64,000 nt of DNA, taken from contig CM022677.1 in the NCBI GenBank assembly GCA_012295275.1, positions 1 to 64,000 of the forward strand, read 5' to 3'. Below the pieces are notes generated by a model. That model did no database searches, was not told where the DNA came from, and saw only the letters and a list, made by a program, of their open reading frames with translations. This DNA is from Chrysomallon squamiferum. Taxonomy: Eukaryota > Animalia > Mollusca. Every line of letters starts with the position of its first letter. Position 1 is the stretch's first letter. The position numbers were made by a program, and so were the translations under genes. Below are positions 50,227 to 64,000 of the stretch, piece by piece.

Positions 50227-52837
50227 ATAGTAATAGTAGTATTTTTAGTAGTATTAGTATTAGTAGTAGTAGTAGTAATAATAATAATGTATTTCTATAT
50301 TTAGTAATGAACAATAAACTATAGTATTATTATAGATTGAACAGCAGAACAACAACAGTTCTAGAATTTTTAAATATTGTTCACTAAAACTTTAAAAATT
50401 GCTGTTAGAATTGTTCCTGTACGTCCTTTTATATTTGATTTTGAAAACTCTGTCGAGTTACAAGATGTTAAGATAATTTGTTTTCATAATAAATCAATAA
50501 TATTGAAACAAAATAAAGAAATAAATAAATAAAAAGAAACTGTAATATAATAGTGAACACACGCGTTCAATGACAATTCTGAAATGAACATGAAATTGTC
50601 AAATTAAGACCAACCAAAGTGGCACAAGTGGACGACAACCTGATTATATTAAAGAAAACAGCAGAACACCGCGAAAATAAGTAAATTAATAAAAATAAAT
50701 TAACCAGGAAAGGTAACAGAATCAACAGATTTTAAGAGGAGGTGGACATAAGACATTTTGACTGCAGTTAAACCTTAGTTAAAATTCATATTAGATGATT
50801 TAAAGTTTTTAACAATCACATATCTTACTTCTTTACATTGTTTTAATATACATTATTATATTAATGTATATATATTCTATGTGTACTGAAGATTAATCAT
50901 ACGGTGAGTTTACGAGGGTTAATAATTTACGTTCAGTATTTCCCTGGACTTTAGATGCTTTCTCCACCCCTGTTAGACCGTAAAATCGAAGGTAAAAAAA
51001 GAATAAAAATAAGATTAATATATGTCCAGATTAGATATAGAAATATATATTCACCCTCAACTGTCGTCAGTCCACAGCAAAAATATATTTGACTCTGATA
51101 GCACTTGTAAATAACATAAATATAACGAAATTACGCCTTTTGTGTTACTTCATTAATTAATGAATATTTTATTTATTTATTTTTTTTTTTATTTAGTTTA
51201 TATATTTTACAAAGTACATCAAATTAGCTTCTGGTTTAATATGTTAAGTTGATAGTTATCCACAAAACCAAACTTCTTCATTTCAAAAAAATGAAGTTAT
51301 AAAATTATAGTTTTTAACACTACTGTCATTGTTTAGAACATCAGCCCTAAACTGGACGTAAAGAAAGTTCAGTAACTTACACGTAGTCTCCTCTCTGTAC
51401 ACAGTCACACACACACACACACATTTATTTATTATACACACACACATATATTCACAAACACACACACACACAAACATATACACACACACACACACAGACA
51501 CACGCACACACACATAATGAAAATAAAAAACAATCTAAAAAACAATGAGAACAGGTGACATAATTAGTCAGTGAGTTGAAGAGGAGTCGCACAAGTCTAA
51601 AGTTCAGTGACTGCAGTTAAACTTGTAAATATTTATACTTGATGATTTCTTAAACCTTTCTTAAGGATCAAAGTTGTCATATCTTTATACTGTTTTTTAT
51701 ATCTCTGTGTTCTTACATTATTATGTTACTGTATTATATAGCTGTTATGTGTACTGAAGTTTAATCATTCGGCACATTTTTTAGTTAATATTTTCCCGAT
51801 CCTGACATTTTCCGGACTGGTGCTCCCGCTACTAGTCCATAGAATTGAGGGTCAACAGTGTTTCCAAATTTTAGTTTTATTTATACCAATGTATTACTTT
51901 TTATAAATAAAGTGAAATAATACATAAAGTGAAAAACTCTTTGTAAAAGTTTTATGAATATATAAAATAAATGAATAAATTTGTACGCAATTTTGAATAA
52001 AAAATATATGAATAAAATAATTTCGTTTCCATTTTATTTATTTATTTTATTTGTGTTTTTTTATATATATTTGTTTATTACAATATTTGTTTATTTATTT
52101 ATTTGTTTATTTATTTGTTTGTTTGTTTGCGTGTTTAAGAAAGTACATTTCAAAAAACTTACAAATTACAGCAACTTATGGTTCAGTCCACATTTCAAGT
52201 TGATCAGATCCACAAAACCAGACTCCAGCGTCATCTTCAGTGGTCTGATGTTTATAAACTGTGTAATCTTTGTAGTCGCTGTTAGCTTTGTTTGTCTTAG
52301 CACTGACAAATGTAACTTTGTGTACTGTTACAGCTACACGTGTCTCCTCTCTGTACACAGTCACACACTGTAGTGTTATCAGTTTGTGTTTTGTGTACAA
52401 ACTTTATATCAGAATTCAGATTCTGTGACTCGCGTACTCGACACGTAATAAACATCGTACCACCTTTTAGTACAGGTATCACGTTCAGTAATTCAAATTT
52501 TGCACCTAGAATAATACGGAATAATAATTACTTTAATTACTCAAATAATAGAATGAATAATAGAATGTTTCAGATAATAAATTAAAATCAATGTTTATTG
52601 AAAATCGCACAGAAACAAAGCATTTAAATTAACATTTAATTAATTAAACTAATTATTAAATAATAATAATAATAATAAGAATAATAATAATAATAATGAT
52701 GATAATGATAATGATAATGATAATAAAATAAATGAATGAAAACAAATCAAATGAAATAAAATAAAATAAAATAAAATAAAATAAAAGTCTGTAAATAGTT
52801 TTAATGTCCTACCGACCGGAACACACACGCACACATT

Positions 52838-52986
<149 letters not shown>

Positions 52987-53399
52987 ACATAGATGCATGC
53001 ATATATGCTCAGAGAATGTGTGTGTTTGCTACAAAGAATATGTATAATCCATGAAATTTTCAGTTGTATGTGTAATGTCCGATTCACTCAAGAATTATAT
53101 ATGATACCTGAAACTGTTTTATCTTTTTCTGTATCATTGTAATTAAGTTTTCCCATTCTCTTGGTAACATATAACAAACAAATTTGTCTTTGAACTGAGA
53201 GTGTTTAAGTAGCGACCTGGCACTTATCTTGACAAATGTTATTATTTGAAGTAACAGTAAGAAGGACAGTGAATAGTTAATTAAACAGTTTTAGTGTTTG
53301 GATTACAACATTATTCCATTATTTCACACTTTCAGATAATTTGTCAGCTTAATGTTATCTTAGGTCTTGTTTTATTTATTTTTCTTCTTTTGATAGCAG

Positions 53400-53438
<39 letters not shown>

Positions 53439-54204
53439 GTCACAATTATAACATTCATTCACTTGCTTGAAACTGTTATCACAGCAGAACCTTAAAATGC
53501 AATTACCTAACCAAGTTTAAATTGTACTTTTAGTATCATATGTTAACTAATGACAGTGATTAGTGTTTGCTTCTTGACTGTCAAAACACTTGTCTACTTA
53601 TTACTGAACACTATCAATGTCACTTCTCACGTGAGTAGACTAGTTGCACAGTTCTGTTCTAGATCACTTTTCTTTCAGTGAAAAAAGAAAACAGGCATGT
53701 TTGAAATTTTTCTTTGTTTTAATTTTTCTTCTGAATTTTTCACTTGACGATCATTTGATTTCTCGAGAAGAAATACGACTGATGGTTACACATGACACAC
53801 AGTAAGACAGTGTAAATAGCAGATATCTGTGTTAGCTTCCTCATTTTCTCACATCACTTACAACATACAGGACGTGACCTTTGTTACGCGTAGACAATAG
53901 AGGGTTGTGGTTTACGAGATGGAGGGACGGGCAGTAGATGTAAGGAGGTTTGATAATGAAGTGGCTTGCTGTACTCTTTATAAGGATGACGATGATGATG
54001 ATAATGATGATGATGATGATACAAATTAAAAAAAGAAAATGAAGAAGAAAAAGAACAGCAACAACTACAACTCTAGAAATCAGTGTTATGGTCTCTACTG
54101 ACAGAAATATTTAGCATTAATAAAATATATTTTGCACCCTGCAAAAAGTAGATGCTTTTGTCGATTCATTCTTCTTCTTCATCATCTTCTCCTTCTTCTT
54201 CTAC

Positions 54205-54287
<83 letters not shown>

Positions 54288-54288
54288 G

Positions 54289-54335
<47 letters not shown>

Positions 54336-54337
54336 AA

Positions 54338-54634
54338 ATGTACCTCAAGAAAAACCAGTAATAAAAGATTACGACTCTGGCGTCCCAGTTCGAGAAGGAG
54401 ACGTTTTAAAAATGTCGCGTGAAGTCACAGGAGGAAAGCCACTCGTCTCTGACGTCATATTTGTTTGTGACGGAATTAACACGAAAACGAATCTTGTTAC
54501 CATTGCAGACGTGATGACTAGATACATCACTTTTCAAATGCTAAGAACTCACCAGAATAAAATATGTCAGTGTACAGCTAAACACGTCACAAACAAATAT
54601 CTTCTGTCAACAAGCTTATCTCTTTTTGTTAACT
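54338..54634 (+). pseudogene. Disabled C2-type Ig-like exon (arm B copy)
   Basis: Open 297-nt frame VPQEKPVIKDYDSGVPVREGDVLKMSREVTGGKP...ICQCTAKH...LFVN|gtaagt. The acceptor AG is mutated to AA and the first Cys is Arg. Confidence 0.72.
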
Positions 54635-54829
54635 GTAAGTATATTAATATTACTACATTGTACAAACAACTATTTATTCAAAACTATTTATATATTCATT
54701 TGTTGTTATTAATTTATAGTTATTATTTATTACACATTTATTTATTAATTAGTGATTTATTTATTCATTCATTTATTTGTTCATTATTAATTTATTGTTT
54801 CAAGTAGTCTCTTATTAACTTGGTTTGCA

Positions 54830-57800
54830 AAAATAACATGAAAATAAAAACACTATTATTTTTTTTTTCTTTATTCCAACATTTTGTCTTTGTGTCACTC
54901 TGTTAATTCGTTCATCTGCCTAAAGTCAAATTAAAATTCAAACACTTTCATAGCACTTATAATCTCACTCTACAAAAATAAAATATTCTCTTTTAGTTCT
55001 TTCTCCTGCAATAGTTCTGACGTTTTTGTGAACTCTCGTGTCAATGGGTTACAATGGGAGATATCTCTGTTTGTTTAAAAACAACGTCAGTTTATTATGA
55101 AGCACACTCGAGTAGATACTCCAACACTTGAGTTCATTCTAATAATAGCGAGTAATACAGCTACACAGCAATGAATAAACATAGGTCACCTTGACTTTGT
55201 TTAAATTACATTAAAATAAATTAATACCTTAACTTTGTTAACAAAACTGTAGTAAAATAATTTAAATAGCGTAGCTCTACTAGCATTGTTATATCAAAAT
55301 GAAAATACTATTTATTTATGCTATTAAATGAATACTTTAAATTATCTCAGTATCATTCACCTTAATTTATTTAATCACTTTATTTAATTCACATGCGACT
55401 GAAGTTTGTCACTGTTCTTTAAATCTAATCCAATTTTCACGTTATAAAAAAAAATAAAAACATTAAAAAAAATAAAAGTATAAAGAATGAAGTGTTTTGA
55501 TATACAGTTTGTTTAATTAAACGTGTTGGTTAGACGTGGATAGACTGAATTAGAATCTGCTTGAAAAGTTGCGCCTGGAATGAAGGAAAGAAATAAAATA
55601 AAATGTGAGAATGAATGAAATAGTAACATAACTTAACAAAACTAAGAACGAAGAATGAAACTGAAAGCAGAAGTTTGAAGCGAAATTAAAAGAAATAACG
55701 AAGTGAAGAAAGAAAGTAGAACGAAGTAAAGAAAGCAACAACCTGAACAAATAACATAAGAAAGGAAATGAGATATAAAAATAAACGGAGTAAAGAACAA
55801 AAGAAAGATTCGAATGTGAGAAAAATACGACAATAACGCGCGCACACCCACATCCACACAGACAGATAAAGAAACGAATAGTTAATTAAATATATTTAAT
55901 TAGATACAAATTATTATCTCTAATAGCTACTAAAAATTAACACATTTATCAAACATGATAACTGGAAGAATAACTATGTATACTGTAATTATTTATCGCA
56001 TATTGTGATTAAAATAATACACGTTCCGATAGTTCCGAATGTTTGTTATTGTAATGACGTCAACAATGCTGTTACGTTTCAATATGTTTATAGGACTCGA
56101 GGCGATACTACGCATTTTTTTATTTCTGCAAAATTTGTTTTAAAATGTAAGTAAAATATCGTTTCGTGATATGTATGAACATATTTGATGTTGACACAAA
56201 GCATTTATAAAATGTTTAAATATTTGACTGTAAAGTTTGTAAAAGAGGTAAGTGTTATTTGTTTTTTAATATACAGCTTGCACTCATGTACGGTTGTTCC
56301 TTGCTTTCCATTTCTTATTGCATGTCTATTAATTGCATAATTTCTGAACAGTGTATTTATTTATTTATATATTTCCATATATTTATTTATTCATTCATTG
56401 AATCATCTATTTTCTTCAGAAATTATATCACTTGTGTGTGTGAGTGTGTGTGTGTGTTAGTGTGTGTGTGAGTGTGTGTGTGTGTTAGTGCGTCTGTGTG
56501 TGTGTGTGTCTATATTTGTGCACGTGTTGGTATGTGTATGTCTAGGTGAGTGTGCAAACAAAAAATAAAACATTGTTTGACTGTGAGGATATGACACATT
56601 AAACATCGACCATTATTTTAGACTAAACGTTTAAGAATACGTTATTAAAATATATAAATGAGAGACAGAGAGAGAGAGATATAAAAGAAAAAGAGAGACG
56701 GAGACACAGTCACACCGAGACAGTATGTATGACAGAGAATGTGTGTAGTTTATTTATTTAAAATTCTCTTAAATATACATTAATTTGTTCATATTCACTT
56801 TTAGTTATTTTTTATTCACACATTCATGTACGAATTATTGATATGCTTATTCGTTTATTTATTTATTCATTATTAATGATTTCCTTCTGGTAGTGCCTTA
56901 TTAACATGGTTTCAAAAAATAGAATAAAATAAAACATAGTGATTTAATTTTCTTTCTTCCTTCATTTTGTCTTTGTCTGTTATTCGTTCATCTTCCTAAA
57001 GAACTAATTGATATTCAGGCAACTTGATTACACATATAATCTCACACTACATAAATAAAATCGTTTTCTTTTAAGCGTCTGTCGTGCAATAGTTATGATG
57101 TTATCCGTAAACAGTCAGGTCCTGGTCTCAATTGGAAGCGACTAGAAAGAATGATAACTCTATTTGCTTAGTTTATTGTGAAGCACACTCGAGTAGTTGC
57201 ACTGACACTTGAGTTCATTCTAGTAACAGCGAGTAAAGCAGCAAAGCAGAGGTGATTTAACTTTGTTTACCTTTCATTATAATGAATTAATATCTTTACT
57301 TTGATAACAAACTATAGTAAAATAATTTAAATATTCTATATTTGTTAATACTATTATATCAGAATATTTATTTATTTAGAGGAACACTTTAAATTCACCT
57401 TAATTTCTTTATCATATTTAATTCACATGTGACTGTATCTGTGTACGCACACGCATATAATTATGTCTACAAGAATGTAGACAAGTTATACATAGACTGA
57501 GTGTATTAATGCGTCCACAATATTTAGTGTTTTGCTTATTAAACGGACATGTGTGTGTGTGTGTGTGTATATATATATTTAGTAAAGATATATGTGTATC
57601 TATGTTTTTAAGTATAGAAGATGTACAAATTCCTCATTTACCTTAAAATAATGTTATTTACCTTTGGTTAAAATATTTCGCTGTTCAAGAATTGTTACAT
57701 TCAGTGTATAACTTGTGTAGTTATAATTAGACTTAACTCTACTTAAAAATGCAGAAGATAAGGCAGATTCAGTATCCGTACTACTGTCTATTCAAGATGT

Positions 57801-57845
57801 TGGTTAGACGTGGTTGCACTGGACCAGAATTTTATTTAAAAAGTT
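54830..57845 (+). repeat. Old direct duplication (~54830-55570 vs ~56900-57845), possibly containing decayed Ig exons
   Basis: Shared blocks ataatctcac, tgcaatagtt, gaagcacactcgagtag..acacttgagttcattcta..agcgagtaa and tgttggttagacgtgg occur in the same order. Confidence 0.7.
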
Positions 57846-58076
57846 ATTGTATATCCTGGTATTTTCACTCTTTGTCGTAAATCTATTTAAAATCCTAGTT
57901 AAACACATCTACAGTTTGTTTGTTATTTATCTATTTATACATTTTGGTAGACTCTTGAAGAGTCAGGCTGTGTTTTGACATATTCAACACTGATTTACTC
58001 ACATCAAAACACACATTCTTTCTATCTAGGAACACATCCATCTCTCTTTCTTAAACATATGTACATCTATATTTGA

Positions 58077-58107
<31 letters not shown>

Positions 58108-58810
58108 AACGTCTGTGTTGTGTGTTGTATATATATATACATACACACACATATATATGAGTGGTTAAGCAAGACATTTAGATGTCTGTGTGTATGTATA
58201 TATATATGTAAGTGTTCTTGTGTGTGCGTATATGTGCGTATATGAGTGTGTGTGTGTGTGTCTTTGTGTGTGTGTGTGTTTCTCTGTGTGTGTTTGTGTG
58301 TGTGCGTATTCACTTGGTACCAAACAATAGATGTCGTTTTATTCATGTTTCTCTACAAAGCAAACATCTGTGTCGAGGCCTCCATGTTTATCATTGATTG
58401 CAAACGTCTGGTTTCACTATCGACAGGAAAATATTTAATTTGTTTCATCATTTTAAGAAGGTTAATGTAAGAGAGTTCGGTTAATGGGTCATTGTGTGTT
58501 TTGTCAATCCGTTGATACTTTTTTTTATTTTTCGACCGTTACTCTTTAAAGAAATATATGTTTCGTAGAACTGTCGGTAATGGTCATTACGTTATAAAAA
58601 AAAGTCTCATTTTTCCTGTCTTCATATTTTAAACTGCACTGCCAGGGATCAAGCGACAGTCGACATGGGCGAAATAATCTCTCTCGTAGTAAATTTCGCC
58701 TTACTATTAACCGACGGCAAAGTGTAAGTCACTTCTTTATTTATTTGTTTGTTTGTTTGTTTGTTTGTTTATTTATTTATTTGTTTGTTTGTTTATTTAT
58801 TTATTTATAT

Positions 58811-58843
<33 letters not shown>

Positions 58844-59192
58844 TTTGTTATTTGAAATAGATCACTTGGAAATTAAATTAAGTGAACATTGTATTGAATA
58901 TCAGAGACAAATTTGAACTGCAGTCTGTTTGTCTGTGAGAACTTCTTCAAAAGTACTCTCTGCTTCTCAACCTGTGATGTCTAGTAAATTCTAAGTATAA
59001 TAATTTATTTGCATTTGTTATATAAATCTCAAGAAAACAAAGTCGATAAATAAATCATATACCGGATCTTATTTCTATGTTCAACAATCAGTAAATACAT
59101 CCATAATTTACGTACATTTTATTTTTATTTTTAAAGCGAAATAAAAAAGTAAACAGAAACAAAAAGTATCAATGAACGAATAAATTTTTAAT

Positions 59193-59256
<64 letters not shown>

Positions 59257-59694
59257 TACATACATACATACAGCGGGTGCACTAGTTGTGTCGGAGATCC
59301 ATTCGTACGGACTGACGTAAGGCAGTTTTCGATACAAGTCAGAATTACCACAGCCTAAGTCACGTACATAACCTAAACCACCCTAAAATCATAGGAACAT
59401 ATCAGAAACAGAACTAAACCATTACAAAATGAAAGGGAAAACGTAATAATAGTACAGAAAGATGACAAATGAAACTTTTTAATAATGTGTAGATTCACTT
59501 CTAATGTATTCACTTTCCTTTTCTTCGACGCTCTGCCATGGGAACAGTCTGCCTTTCGTTTGGAAGATTAACTGAAGAATAAAAAGTCCCAAAAGTGTCA
59601 TATTGTATATTGATATATACTGACGTATACTGATTATCTACAAATGTTTTATATACCAACTAAAAACATTATTAAAAATAAATAAATAAATAAT

Positions 59695-59729
<35 letters not shown>

Positions 59730-59730
59730 C

Positions 59731-59772
<42 letters not shown>

Positions 59773-60660
59773 TAATAATAATAATAATAATAATAATAAA
59801 GCAATGAGCTGATTATATACATTTTACACGTATCTGTTTGACAGAAAACAATCCATTAGAAAGGAAAGTTTCAAATCAAATGAAGTGTGCATGACGTCAT
59901 CACTGCGTCTGACGTCACCAGAAATCCCAAAAGTAAACAAATATAAAAATAAATGAATGAATATATTAATAAATAAATAAAGAGAAAAGTATGAAAAATA
60001 AATAAAAATAAGTGATGACTGAAACTGAGAATATTAACACAGAACCTAAACTTAGTGTCTTTAATAATTTTCACTGGACGTCTGAACACGACGTCATACA
60101 CGTCAGACACGTGTTCATATCTTTGTGTCAGTGTAGACCCGTCCAGTATTTTATCTGACTTTGAAGATTCATCATTCGTGATAAGATAAATAGGAAGATA
60201 CAGAACACAGACATATACACACACACACACACACATACATACATACATGCATACATACACACACACATATACTTGCAGAGATAATTTTCAATCACAGACC
60301 ATATTTAATATACATATGTATATTATTTCTCTTTTAATATTATTTTATTGTTTATTGAGTTGCAGACAAAAAAAAAAAAAAAAAAATAAAACAAGTTCAA
60401 ACCACATAGATAAAAACAATTGATTTATGTAGTCTTCTTTTCACTATCTGTAAATATATGATTCACTGCACAGGTTTTAATATTCAAAATAAGAGTATTT
60501 TTAATACTATTATTATTAAATGTATCGTTTTTCATTCGTTCAATTTAAAAGACACCATACTCTCCAGTTCAGTATTCAAGTTTATACAAGATTTATATTT
60601 GGCGGCGTGAACTCTATTATTTTACACAGTCCATGTACAAACCAGTTGTTGTGTCTTATT

Positions 60661-61110
60661 AATATATTATTACAGATTGTGACAGTCATTTTATAAAATT
60701 AATATATTATTACAGATTGTGACAGTCATGTTATAAAATTAATGTATTATTACAGATTGTGACAGTCATTTTATAAAATTAATATATTATTACAGATTGT
60801 GACAGTCATTTTATAAAATTAATATATTATTATAGATTGTGACAGTCATTTTATAAAATTAATATATTATTACAGATTGTGACAGTCATTTTATAAAATT
60901 AATATATTATTACAGATTGTGACAGTCATTTTATAAAATTAATGTATTATTACAGATTGTGACTGTCATTTTATAAAATTAATATATTATTACAGATTGT
61001 GACAGTCATTTTATAAAATTAATATATTATTACAGATTGTGACAGTCATTTTATAAAATTAATATATTATTACAGATTGTGACTGTCATTTTATAAAACT
61101 AATGTATTAT
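60661..61110. repeat. 40-bp minisatellite, ~11 copies
   Basis: Unit aatatattattacagattgtgacagtcattttataaaatt, containing palindrome attttataaaat. Confidence 0.96.
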
Positions 61111-61847
61111 GAATACCGAATTAAAAAAGTTAACACCTTTGTTACAAAGAAAAACTGTAATTCAAAAAAGAAAAAGAGAAGAGCGAGATAAATAACAACG
61201 TGTTAAGTTAAAATTCTTACAACACAATTATGTATGTTTTTCAAGTTATTAATGCTACTGACATAATATTTGATATTTTCTTCTCAAAATAAGGTAGACA
61301 AACAGATTACAAAGTAGCTGTATTCCTAACAATACTTGATATGTAATAATTAAGTGTTAGATTGGGAAATAAAGTAATTTGTCGACTGAGAATAATAACA
61401 TTTACTGAATTAGATTAGTTACGCATTTTGAGTTTATGTGATATTATTTCCTATTTCAGTTTGTGTTCTGAAGATGCGTGTTTTAATTCAGGATATTACA
61501 GATCATGTTTCGTATTTTCTTTTGTGTGCACGCTCGAGTTAGTTGGAGCAAGGGACTGATTCACAAAAATCACAGAGGAGAGGAACAGGACCGGTACTGA
61601 GAGTTCAGTGCTTTTAGGGTGAAGGAAAAAACAAATATATTCTTGTGCCATTTTGTCTTATTTTTGTTTCTTTATTTGTTTCTTTGTATCTTTCTTGTTT
61701 TACTTTTTTATTTATTTATTTGATATGCTCGATTTGATTTAAGTTTTCTAACATTTCGTAACCTATAAGCAGATAGACATGATGCCTATAGTGCTAAAAA
61801 TAAATATTGTGACGTCATCTTTGTAAAATAGTTTACAGTGCAAATCA

Positions 61848-61916
<69 letters not shown>

Positions 61917-62701
61917 GAGTTTTAGTGCAGTAAGAACATTAACACCAACTTCTATAATATAGATAGATTGATAGATTATGTTTCATTGATACAACAGAAA
62001 TGTTACACATCGCTACACAAATAAAGTATGTACTTATTGATTTGATGTAGTTAATAAGTAAATGAAAACATATAAAAAGAAAACATATAAATAAATAAAT
62101 AAATTAATAAATCAATAGATACATAAATAAAATAAAGAAGCTATGAGTTTAACCTTTAATAAGTGTCGTAAGAAATGTGTTAAGAAATAGTTGATAATAT
62201 GAAAGCGATTCATGTCGAACATTAAACTTTATTACACACAGTGTCGTGAGAGAGTGACATTTCATTTTATATCAAAAACAGATTACAATGATCACTACCT
62301 TCACGTGTGTGAAAGTGACTGAAGGAAATGCAATGTTATTTAAATAAACGCAGTGTTATTTAAATAAACTGGTTCATGTTCAGAATAGAATCTGTCGCCT
62401 GAATTCAGAGAGAGATAAAACCTATGTGTTTACACTGCTATGTTTGTTAGTTTTCTCTGACTGAATTACATAAGTCTAAAAATATCGTGTTTATAACACT
62501 CGTAGCGATTATACAAGAACAGCTGTGTTTAACAGAGTCGAGTATTTCAATGTGTCTGTCCGACTGCGTGCATAAAATAATACAAGGCACTTAAAATAAT
62601 AATAATAATACAAATAAAATAATAATAATAATAATAATAATCATTTTTACGATCATCATCATCATCATCATAATAATGCCGTTTCTGAGTTGTAAATATA
62701 T

Positions 62702-62778
<77 letters not shown>

Positions 62779-62812
62779 ACTAGATAAATAACACATCAAC
62801 AAGAATGCAGTT

Positions 62813-62863
<51 letters not shown>

Positions 62864-64000
62864 GTTTAAAGTAGGAGATGTTTGTGTTGAATACAGAACA
62901 GAAAATCACGAATATCAGAATATTCCGATAAATGTAACCATGGTTACCTCTAAGCCTCCGTATTTCACTGTTGTTAGTTATATACTGATCACATGATTCG
63001 TTTTTCCATGTAAACCTGACATCATCGTTTGTGTTGTTTGTTGACATGTAAAAAACATTGTTCCGTTTTATTTCCCTCAGTTGTGACTGTCTGCGGACCA
63101 CTTGATATACAAAGCAGTACCAATGTTTATTAATAGCAGTAGTAGTAATAGTAGCGGTAGCAGCTGTAGTAGCAGTAGCAGTAGTAGTAGCAGTAGTAGT
63201 GCAGTACCGATGTCAATTTCACCTTAAACAGTGCTGTTGTTGTTGTACTGAAAGAAATAAAGAGGCATGCCTGTGTGTCTACGTCACTCTACTATAATAA
63301 TAATAGTAACAGTAACAATAATAATAACAATAACAATAATAATAACAACAACGACGACGTTGATGATGATGATAGTAATAATAATAATAACAATAACAGC
63401 AACAGTAACTGTAACAATAACAACAATAATTATGGTGATGACGATGATGACGGCGACGACGACAACAACAACAATAACAACAACAACAACAACAGCAACA
63501 ACAACAATAATAATAATAGCACTGGATGGATCAAACCCCGACAGCTTTTTTCCTTTTCTCTCCTCCGCCGAGTGGGGCCGAGCAGAGCCGAGCTGAGCTG
63601 AGGTGGGTTCCCATGGCAGCGCTGAGAAGAAGGTTAGAAAACTGGGTCGCGGTACTCGCTAACGATGTCCATTGCATTTTAAACACGTCACCAAAACAAA
63701 AAATTTAAAAAAAGCAATGACAATGACACATTACAGTTCATCACCACGAAAAACGAAACGCTGTTCACTACAACAACAACAAAAATAATAATGCTAATTT
63801 CATATAAAATGACTCTGAACGCAGAATAACTACGAGACCCTTTCCGATAAAACACCATTCTATTATTATCACTACTACAACAACAACTACTACTGCTACT
63901 ACTACTGCTACTCCTACTCCTGCTACTCTATTGCTTGCTACTGCTACTAATACTAATACCACTACCGCTACCACTACTACAACAACAACAACAAAAGCTA

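Noticed and set aside
63520-63700. Small GC-rich island with gagccgagctgagctgag repeats
   Set aside because: No interpretable ORF or RNA structure. It may be a UTR or promoter of a gene outside the window.

Overview
AT-rich, microsatellite-laden, intron-containing animal DNA, most likely molluscan (inferred from a VWA + chitin-binding gene and mollusc-type Ig exons). Most ORFs in the track are microsatellite noise. Real content: (1) A ~14 kb inverted duplication (arm A ~11998-25745, arm B ~40760-54926) carrying paired type-I receptors: two Cys-rich atypical Ig-like domains, S/T stalk, TM helix and a tail with six Tyr motifs. Copy A is open from Ig1 to the stop. Copy B has a disabled Ig1 exon, and its Ig2 exon is far more diverged than the rest of the gene. 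(2) In the spacer, a related 2-Ig gene with no signalling tail (possibly GPI-anchored) whose intron holds a tandem array of micro-exon cassettes. (3) A broken secreted gene (lysozyme-like? + VWA + 2 chitin-binding domains) interrupted by a ~2.4 kb GC/CpG-rich foreign-looking insert. The insert has a 46-bp terminal array, a compact virus-like promoter, a ~306-aa spliced ORF with a possibly HUH-derived domain, and a UGA-CUAG readthrough signal leading into an 81-codon transmembrane extension. (4) Decayed Ig, TSP1, SWIM and Tc1 exons and several minisatellites. All calls are by-eye translation and motif recognition. A 200-N gap next to arm A and some chimeric-looking stretches mean assembly artefacts must be excluded.
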